From a bacterium (GTDB lineage Bacteria > Acidobacteriota > Blastocatellia > HR10): a stretch of 13,253 nt of DNA. Below the pieces are notes generated by a model. That model made no database searches and was not told the DNA's origin. It saw only the letters and a list, made by a program, of their open reading frames with translations. The DNA lies in NCBI GenBank assembly GCA_041640655.1, contig JBEPZV010000061.1, forward strand, positions 1 to 13,253. The letters are read 5' to 3'. The position numbers were made by a program, and so were the translations under genes. Below, piece after piece: positions 6,962 to 13,253 of this stretch. Each line of letters opens with the position of its first letter. The first letter of the stretch is position 1.

Positions 6962-9900
6962 TCACCAGTGGAATTTGATGGCGAGCTGAAACTCGCGAGG
7001 TCCCCATAGTGTCGTGCTCGCGGCGCGTGGTTGGAGGAAGCCAGGATCGCTCACGAGCCGCACCTGACGCACGCCCGCCGGATCCACACCGGAGGAAGCG
7101 ATGCGATACTGGATGGTCGAGAAGCTCGTGAAGTTGACGCGGTTGAAGAGATTGAAGGCTTCCCAGATGATCTCAAATCGCGTCCCCTCGGTGACTTTGA
7201 TATCACGCGCGATGCGAAAGTCCACGTTGGCGAACCCCGACCCGCGAAAACTATTCCGGGCGAGGAAGGGGACGCGCGTGGAGCCACCGCTGCCGTTTGG
7301 GCTCGCGGTCACCGTCGCGCCGGTGGCGGCCGAGAGGCTTCCGGAGATCACGCCGGTGACGGGCACGCCGTCGGAGGCCGTGAGGATGCCGCTGAAGCGC
7401 CAACCGTTGAGCACGGCGCGCGCCACCGGACTCTCGAGACCTTGCCAGCGCGGCTCCCAGACGAAGCTCGTGACGAAGCGCTTGCGAATGTCGAAGTTCG
7501 AGAGGGCGCGCTCGCTCCGCCGATCGAAGGTGTTGAAGAGCTGATTCCCGCCGAAGAACGTTTGCGACGTCTGGCCATCGTCAATCGCCTTGGCGATGGT
7601 GAGGTTCGCGTTGAACTGCACGCCGTGTCGCATCCGTTGCGTCACCTGCAGCACGAAGGCGTTGTAGCTCGAATTCACCACGCTCTCGCTGATGATGATC
7701 CGACCGACGCCAGCTACCGGGCGAGGACCCGTGAAGAAGGGGAACGGCGGCGTCACCGTGCCATCGGGCAAGATGAAGACGACGCGCTCTCGCGGCGGAT
7801 TGAGGTTGAGGTCGCGGAATGAGGGCAAGCGTTGGCCTCGGCTGAAGAGATACGAGGCCGAGACGCTCAGATCGCGGACGATCTCCCGCTCCAGGGACAA
7901 CTCGACCATATGCACGAGCGGTCGCACGTAGTCCGAGGAGAAGAATTGAATATCCGGCGCCGAGCCCGGTCCGGCCGGCGGTGTGCTGAAGACATCGGGA
8001 TACTGCGGCGCTCCCGGCGTCGTCGGTGTGAAGAAGAACGAGGCGAGGATCTTGCCGTTGTTCGTCAGCGCATTGGCGATGGCGCTGTTGCTCGTGCGGC
8101 CGTAATAGAGACCGTAGCCGGCGCGCAGCACGGTCGTGTGATGACCGCCGATGTCCCAAGCGATCCCCACGCGCGGTCCGAGATTGTTCGTGTCCTGGTT
8201 GAATCGCTCGGTCTGCGGAAAGGCGGGATTCCCGATCTCCGGCTGCGGCAGTTTCTGGAACTCGTATCGGAGGCCGAAGTCGAGCGTCAGGTGCGGATGC
8301 GCGCGGTACCGGTCCTGGACGTAGAAGTTGTAATCCGTCGTCGCGAAGAAGACGCGCCCGGCTTGATCGCCCGTGAGCCCCCGCAGGTCGAACGCCTGGA
8401 CGTAGGAGCGATAATGCCGTCGCGTGCGCGGACCGTCGTCCAGGGGGACGCAGCCGACGGCGCCTTTGGGACAGTCCTGAGCGATCTGGTTCAAGCCGTC
8501 GTAGCTGTAGACCCCACCGCCTTGGAACAGATTGATCTGCAGATCCCGCACGTAGTTGATGTCAAGCCCCGCCTTCACGCTGTGCCGCCCGCGAATGAGG
8601 GAGAGATTGTACACCCACTGGAAGCGCTTCTCATCGGGGAAGGCCGGTCGCGGGAGGAAGTTGGGCATGCCGAAGCTGATCCCTCCGGTGACGGTCGTGC
8701 TCGGTCCCGGCGCATTGGGGCGCTGAAACTCGAAGTCCCGCCCATACTGGAAGCGCAGTTCCTGGGCGAGCGTGCTGCTCAGTGCGGAAGAGAGGCGGAA
8801 CAAGAGGACATCGGTCTTCACCCCGTCGAACCCGTTGTCCGATTCGGCGGCGAACTGAATCGGTGCCGTGCGAATGCCGTTGGGCGAGCGCCATCGGTGC
8901 CAGTTGTACTGGCCCGTGAACGTGTGTCGTGGCGAGATCACCCAATCCACCTTGTAGAAGGCGACGTTATTGTGCGCCTTTCGCGGGACGAAACGCATGA
9001 GCGACTGGAAGAACTGGATCGTCGCCGCGCATCCGGGGGCCGTACACGGAGAGGTCAGGAACGTGGGGCTGGAGGGGGTCACGAAATACGGGAAGTTGCG
9101 CAGCTGCTGATCGTAGGTCCCGAAGTAGAAGAGCTTGTCCTTGATGAAGGGGCCGCCCAAGGAGAAGCCGAACTGCTGCCGCCGCTCCTCCGGCTTCAAC
9201 GGCTGAAATGGCTCGCGCGCCATGATGGCATCATCGCGCAGGAAGTAGAACGCCTCGCCGTGAAACTCGTTCGTCCCCGATTTGGTCACGGCGTTGACCG
9301 TCCCTCCGGCCGCGCGCCCGAATTCCGCGGAGAAATTGCTCAAGCCGACCTGGAACTCCTTGATCGAGGAGAGGCTCAGCGTGTAGACGACGCGCGTGCG
9401 CCCGCGCGCTTCGGAGAAGAACGCCTGGTTGTTGTCGGCGCCATCCACCGTATTGTTGTTGTAGAGCCCGGAGATCCCACGATAGCTCACCAGTCCGAAT
9501 GTGCCGTCCGGATTCACTCCCGGTGTGAGCAGGACGAAGTTCTCCCACCGCCGCCCGTTGATGGGCAGATTATGGACGGCCGATTCGTTGACCACGGAGG
9601 TGAATTCCGTGCGTTCGGGCTCGACGATCGGCGCCTCGGCCGTGACCGTGACGGTCTCGGCCACCGGGGCGACCTTCAACGTCAGATCCACGGTGGCCGT
9701 CCCGCCGACGAGCACGGTGATCCCCGATTGCGTCACCGTCGCGAAGCCGGGCATCTCGGCCGTCACCTCATACGAGCCCGGAGGCAAAAAGACAAGCCGA
9801 TACCGGCCGGAAACATCCGTCGTGACCTCGCGCACGGCATTGGTCCCCACGTGACGCGCGCTCACCTTCGCACCAGCGATGACGGCACCCCGTTCATCGC

Positions 9901-10018
9901 GGACGAGGCCTTCGATCGTCCCGGTCGCTTGCGTCTGCGCGCTCACCGTCCGACCTCCGGCGAGCGCGAGGGCCACTCCGCACAGAAGTAGGGTCACAAG
10001 AGGGAAGCTCTTAAGCAT
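6962..10018 (-). CDS. TonB-dependent outer-membrane transporter (Oar-like, N-terminal carboxypeptidase-regulatory-like domain), 1018 aa; TBDR-2
   Basis: Signal peptide ending VSA|Q; GTIEGLVRDERGAVIAGAKV...PGSYEVTAEMPGF; TonB-box-like ETVTVTA; LPINGRRW; VDGADNN; EFQVGLSNFSAEFGRAAGGTVNAVTKSGTNEFHG; QFGFSLGGPFIKDKLFYF; LTLDFGLRYE; NNLGPRVGIAWD; EAFNLFNRVNF; aromatic C-terminus (QLAIKFHW). RBS AAGGAGGT at 10024-10031. Confidence 0.93.
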   Translation of the reverse strand: MLKSFPLVTLLLCGVALALAGGRTVSAQTQATGTIEGLVRDERGAVIAGAKVSARHVGTNAVREVTTDVSGRYRLVFLPPGSYEVTAEMPGFATVTQSGITVLVGGTATVDLTLKVAPVAETVTVTAEAPIVEPERTEFTSVVNESAVHNLPINGRRWENFVLLTPGVNPDGTFGLVSYRGISGLYNNNTVDGADNNQAFFSEARGRTRVVYTLSLSSIKEFQVGLSNFSAEFGRAAGGTVNAVTKSGTNEFHGEAFYFLRDDAIMAREPFQPLKPEERRQQFGFSLGGPFIKDKLFYFGTYDQQLRNFPYFVTPSSPTFLTSPCTAPGCAATIQFFQSLMRFVPRKAHNNVAFYKVDWVISPRHTFTGQYNWHRWRSPNGIRTAPIQFAAESDNGFDGVKTDVLLFRLSSALSSTLAQELRFQYGRDFEFQRPNAPGPSTTVTGGISFGMPNFLPRPAFPDEKRFQWVYNLSLIRGRHSVKAGLDINYVRDLQINLFQGGGVYSYDGLNQIAQDCPKGAVGCVPLDDGPRTRRHYRSYVQAFDLRGLTGDQAGRVFFATTDYNFYVQDRYRAHPHLTLDFGLRYEFQKLPQPEIGNPAFPQTERFNQDTNNLGPRVGIAWDIGGHHTTVLRAGYGLYYGRTSNSAIANALTNNGKILASFFFTPTTPGAPQYPDVFSTPPAGPGSAPDIQFFSSDYVRPLVHMVELSLEREIVRDLSVSASYLFSRGQRLPSFRDLNLNPPRERVVFILPDGTVTPPFPFFTGPRPVAGVGRIIISESVVNSSYNAFVLQVTQRMRHGVQFNANLTIAKAIDDGQTSQTFFGGNQLFNTFDRRSERALSNFDIRKRFVTSFVWEPRWQGLESPVARAVLNGWRFSGILTASDGVPVTGVISGSLSAATGATVTASPNGSGGSTRVPFLARNSFRGSGFANVDFRIARDIKVTEGTRFEIIWEAFNLFNRVNFTSFSTIQYRIASSGVDPAGVRQVRLVSDPGFLQPRAASTTLWGPREFQLAIKFHW

Positions 10019-10023
10019 AAGGC

Positions 10024-10031
10024 ACCTCCTT
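10024..10031 (-). promoter_or_regulatory. Ribosome-binding site of TBDR-2
   Basis: The - strand reads AAGGAGGT-GCCTT-ATG. Confidence 0.85.
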
Positions 10032-10062
10032 GTTCGTGTTCACCGACACCACTTCAGAGTTA

Positions 10063-10078
10063 TGCAAATTTCGTGCCA
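10063..10078 (-). promoter_or_regulatory. Sigma-54 (RpoN) -24/-12 promoter of TBDR-2
   Basis: The - strand reads TGGCACG-AAAT-TTGCA, a perfect match to TGGCACG-N4-TTGCW. Correct orientation; predicted TSS near 10052-10053. Confidence 0.9.
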
Positions 10079-10095
10079 TATCGGGGAGATTTGAA

Positions 10096-10121
10096 TAAGC
10101 TGCGGGAGACTAATGACTTCT
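10096..10121. promoter_or_regulatory. Conserved inter-element motif TAAGC-N14-GACTTCT, possible degenerate IHF site (TBDR-2 promoter)
   Basis: TAAGCTGCGGGAGACTAATGACTTCT begins exactly 48 bp from the start of the first palindrome, as in the TBDR-1 promoter. The match to the IHF consensus is weak. Confidence 0.35.
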
Positions 10122-10143
10122 TCCTCGGGCGATTGCCCCCACC

Positions 10144-10180
10144 TTCCAAATTTCTGGAAACTTCATCCGAATTTTTGGAA
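10144..10180. promoter_or_regulatory. Tandem palindromic upstream activator sequences (putative bEBP binding sites) of TBDR-2
   Basis: TTCCAAATTTCTGGAA (10144-10159) and ATCCGAATTTTTGGAA (10165-10180), 21 bp start-to-start, about -92 to -128 from the predicted TSS. Confidence 0.75.
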
Positions 10181-10225
10181 GTCCCCTAGGGTTTCGAGGG
10201 CGACACCAATATGATCGCACCCGCT

Positions 10226-10261
10226 GGAAAAAGAGGGGCGAGCCCGTTGAGGCTCGCCCCT
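10226..10261 (-). terminator. Intrinsic terminator downstream of TBDR-3
   Basis: 11-bp stem AGGGGCGAGCC (10234-10244) / GGCTCGCCCCT (10251-10261) with a 6-nt loop, followed on the - strand by CTTTTTCC. Confidence 0.8.
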
Positions 10262-10275
10262 TCAGATGCCCCCTT

Positions 10276-10295
10276 TGAGAAGCTCGAGCTTCTCA
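10276..10295. repeat. Perfect 20-bp palindrome downstream of the TBDR-3 stop
   Basis: TGAGAAGCTCGAGCTTCTCA equals its own reverse complement; it lies 13 nt after the stop codon. Confidence 0.8.
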
Positions 10296-10308
10296 GGAGC
10301 ACATGGAA

Positions 10309-13253
10309 TCAGAAGTAGAGCTTCAGCGCCAGTTGGAAGCGGCGCGAATCGAAGGTCGCGTTCGACTTCCCGAAGAGCGTGCTGGCGAGATTGCCCGTGG
10401 GATCTTGGAAGTTCGTTCGGTTGGGCAGATTGAACATCTCGGCGCGGAATTGCAATCGGCCCTGTTCGCCGAGCACGGTCAGGCGGAAGTTCTTGTACAC
10501 GGCGAAGTCGAGATTCGCATAGCCCGGGCCGAGGAAGACATTCCGCCCGAGGTTCCCAATGCCTCGGAAGTTCGTATCGAAGGCATTGGGATCGAGGATC
10601 CCATCGGCGGGGCTCCGATCCAGCATCGCCCCCCTCTTATCCGTCCTGATGTTGGGCCGGTCGTTATTCGTCCCGTCGGCATTGAAGTCGCCGCGCGGAT
10701 AGGGAGCGCTGGAGAAGACGTTGAACGGCCGCCCGCTCTGGAAGGTGGCGATCCCCGAGATCGTCCATCCTCCCAAGACGTGTTCGAGCACGCCCCCTCG
10801 CCCGCGGAAGAAGGGCATGTCCCAGATGGCGTTGATGACGAGCCGCTGCGGGACGTGGAATCGCGAGAGTCCGCGCTCGCGCTTGATGCTCGTCACGGAG
10901 ACGATGCCATCCGAGGCGAAGTAGTCCGAGTCCTCGTCAATCATCTTCGACACGGTCCAAGCCGTTTGCATCGTGAAGCCCCGGCTGAAGCGCCGCTTCA
11001 CCTCGATCTGCATGGCGTGGTAGATCGAGTTGACGCGGTTGCCGGCCAACCCCACGGCTCCCCACTGGGAATTCACGCGATCCAGCACGCCATCGAGCAG
11101 GTCGCCGTCGAACCGATTGATATTGAGGTTGAGCGGCAGCTTCGTCCCCTTCGTCCCCTGGTAGGTGATCTCGAAGGAGAACTCGCCGGGCAGCTCGCGT
11201 TGGATCCCGAAGAACCAGCTCTGCATATACGAGGTGCGCAAGTTCGGATCGAACACCGGATTCAGCGCCGTCCCGCGCGGTGGGGCTGCGCCCTTCAATC
11301 CGGGGGGCACCCAGGAGGGGATCGAGTAGACGAAGGTCTGGCGCGCCCGCGTGTCGAAGGTCAACGTCGCGCCAAACGGTGGGTTGAACTGGATGTTCTC
11401 GTCAATGTTCTGGAAGAGCCGCTCGTAGAAGACCCCGTAGCTGCCCCGGATGGCCATCTTTCCTTCGCCTCCGGTCAGCCAGCGCGGCCCCCGCGGGCTC
11501 CAGGCAAACCCCAGGCGCGGCGCGAAGTTGTTGTCGTCCGAGTGGTAGAAGAACCGCGTCGGCCGCGGCTGCAGCGTCTGGAAGATGTCATAGATGGTCG
11601 CTCCCGACGGGATGAGCACCTGCGCGATTCGGTTGGTCAGCTCCTTAGGCGGGCGGAAATTCTCATACCGCACGCCGAAGTTGAGCGTGAAGTTCGGGCG
11701 CACCTTCCAATCATCCTGCAGGAAGCCCATCAGCTCATGCCGCGAGTAGATGCGATACCCGTCCCCTCGGTCTCCTGTTGTCAGGTCAATCCGCACACTG
11801 TAGGTGAGCGGCTGATCCGCCAGGAACGCGGCCTCGTTCGCGAAGCTGTATGCCCCGCGATAGAGCGCGTTGAACGTCCGCACGCGCTTGATGAACCGGT
11901 ACTGGAAGCCCGTCTTCACGGCATGCGAACCCTTGATGATCGAGAGGGCTTCGTCCATCTGAAACACCACCGGGAATCGGTTCTGCGGCATGTTCGTGTC
12001 AGCGCCGAAGCCATTGACGCCCGTGATCGTGATCGTCGGGACCTGCGGGTTGCGCGGTCGCCAATCGTAAGCATCGCGCGTGAGGCCGAACTTCAGCTCG
12101 TTGATGATGTTCGGTCGAATCGTCGTCGTGTTGGTCAAGCCGAAGTTCTGGCTGCGGAAGCTCGTGTCCAGCCCGAAGAACTCCGTCAGCAGGGAGTTCG
12201 AGGCCAGCGGCGCCAGGTTGTTCGTCTGGTTGAAGATGTAGCGGCTGCTGATCCGGTTCCGACCGTTGAAGCCCTGATGATCCACGCGAATGACGAAGGC
12301 GTGCACGTCAGAGCTACTGGGTCGTGTGATGACCGTCTCGGCCGAGACCGGAATCTGCTCGTTCCCCACGGTGACGAAGCGCGGATTCTCCGTGGCCGGA
12401 GGACGCGGATACTTCTGGAGCAGCTCGCGCGCGATCGGTCCGGTCGCCGCTCGAATCGCATCCGCGGTGAAGAAGCGCGCCCGCTGTGTCGTCGAAGACC
12501 GCAATGTCGTCACCTCATACGAGCCATAGCCGAAGAGCGTATCCTTGATGAACGGCCCGCTCACGTCGAAGCCGAACTGATTGCGGACAAATGGCGGCTT
12601 CTCCCGCTCGAAGAACTCACGGGCGCGCAGCGAGCGATTCCGGTGAAATTCCCAGAGCGTCCCATGGAACTCATTCGTCCCCCCCTTCGTCACGATGCTC
12701 AGCACACCGCCGGAGAGCCGACCGAACTCGGCCCCGAATGTGTTTCGAATGAGTCGAAACTCCTCCACGCTGTCCAGGGGCACGGTGATCTGGGTGAAGC
12801 CCGCCACGATCGGATCGTTGTTCTCGATCCCGTCCACCAAGAAGTTCGTCCCCCGACTGCGTGCTCCCCCGATGGAGAATCCACCCGTATTGCTGCCGAC
12901 ACCGCCAGGGACGACGCCCGGCTGCAACAGGGCCAGCTGCGTGAAATCGCGCGTCACCAAGGGCAGGTCCACGATCCGCCGCTTGTCCACCAGCCCTGAC
13001 AGCCGTCCCTCCTCCGTATTGATCAACGGCAGCTCGCCCGTGACCGTGACCGTCTCGGCGATTTCGCCGACTTCCAGCGTCACGTCCACGCGCTTGATCT
13101 CATTCACGGTCAGCTCGATGTTGCTCACAACGGCCGTCTTGAAGCCCGTCTGCTCGACCTTCACCTCATAAAAGCCACGCGGCAAATTCGTGAGCCGATA
13201 GAGACCCGTGGAATCGGTCGTGACCGTGTACGAGAGGTTCGTCTTCACCTCTC
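10309..13253 (-). CDS. TonB-dependent outer-membrane transporter (Oar-like), 5'-truncated; TBDR-3
   Basis: The frame is open to the window edge and begins inside the carboxypeptidase-regulatory-like domain (TDSTGLYRLTNLPRGFYEVKVEQTGF), so GTG 13248 is not the real start. Motifs: ETVTVTG, NFLVDGIENND, AEFGRLSGGVLSIVTKGGTNEFHG, RNQFGF, QDDWKVRPNFTLNFGVRYE, NNFAPRLGFAWSP, LQFRAEMFNLPNRTNF; C-terminal Phe (QLALKLYF). Confidence 0.92.
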   Translation of the reverse strand, partial: EVKTNLSYTVTTDSTGLYRLTNLPRGFYEVKVEQTGFKTAVVSNIELTVNEIKRVDVTLEVGEIAETVTVTGELPLINTEEGRLSGLVDKRRIVDLPLVTRDFTQLALLQPGVVPGGVGSNTGGFSIGGARSRGTNFLVDGIENNDPIVAGFTQITVPLDSVEEFRLIRNTFGAEFGRLSGGVLSIVTKGGTNEFHGTLWEFHRNRSLRAREFFEREKPPFVRNQFGFDVSGPFIKDTLFGYGSYEVTTLRSSTTQRARFFTADAIRAATGPIARELLQKYPRPPATENPRFVTVGNEQIPVSAETVITRPSSSDVHAFVIRVDHQGFNGRNRISSRYIFNQTNNLAPLASNSLLTEFFGLDTSFRSQNFGLTNTTTIRPNIINELKFGLTRDAYDWRPRNPQVPTITITGVNGFGADTNMPQNRFPVVFQMDEALSIIKGSHAVKTGFQYRFIKRVRTFNALYRGAYSFANEAAFLADQPLTYSVRIDLTTGDRGDGYRIYSRHELMGFLQDDWKVRPNFTLNFGVRYENFRPPKELTNRIAQVLIPSGATIYDIFQTLQPRPTRFFYHSDDNNFAPRLGFAWSPRGPRWLTGGEGKMAIRGSYGVFYERLFQNIDENIQFNPPFGATLTFDTRARQTFVYSIPSWVPPGLKGAAPPRGTALNPVFDPNLRTSYMQSWFFGIQRELPGEFSFEITYQGTKGTKLPLNLNINRFDGDLLDGVLDRVNSQWGAVGLAGNRVNSIYHAMQIEVKRRFSRGFTMQTAWTVSKMIDEDSDYFASDGIVSVTSIKRERGLSRFHVPQRLVINAIWDMPFFRGRGGVLEHVLGGWTISGIATFQSGRPFNVFSSAPYPRGDFNADGTNNDRPNIRTDKRGAMLDRSPADGILDPNAFDTNFRGIGNLGRNVFLGPGYANLDFAVYKNFRLTVLGEQGRLQFRAEMFNLPNRTNFQDPTGNLASTLFGKSNATFDSRRFQLALKLYF

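Noticed and set aside
6478..7009. Small ORFs spanning the TBDR-2/TBDR-1 intergenic region (157, 136 and 79 aa)
   Set aside because: They overlap flanking genes and run through the promoter and palindromes; no homology cues, and the region is better explained as regulatory DNA.
7031..9991. 719-aa and 263-aa antisense ORFs opposite TBDR-2
   Set aside because: In-register shadow ORFs with Arg/Val/Glu-rich composition typical of reverse-complemented coding sequence.
10303..12999. 898-aa antisense ORF on the + strand
   Set aside because: It is exactly codon-in-register with TBDR-3 on the opposite strand. Such shadow ORFs arise when a GC-rich gene avoids TTA/CTA/TCA codons, and the translation has no recognisable motifs.

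Overview
GC-rich bacterial window; the receptor family and gene arrangement suggest Acidobacteriota (inference only). The + strand carries the 3' end of a respiratory complex I operon: 5'-truncated nuoM followed by nuoN, overlapping at ATGA. Converging on it from the - strand is a tandem array of three divergent Oar-like TonB-dependent outer-membrane transporters with N-terminal carboxypeptidase-regulatory-like domains; the third is truncated by the window edge. The main signal is non-coding. Both visible receptor upstream regions contain the same promoter module: a sigma-54 -24/-12 element, a positionally conserved TAAGC-N14-GACTTCT element (possible IHF site), and two 16-bp palindromes (WTCCRRAWTTYYGGAA) 21 bp apart at about -91 to -128. 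This points to a sigma-54 regulon of TonB-dependent transporters controlled by an enhancer-binding protein that is not encoded in the window. NuoM also has an unusually long predicted periplasmic loop.
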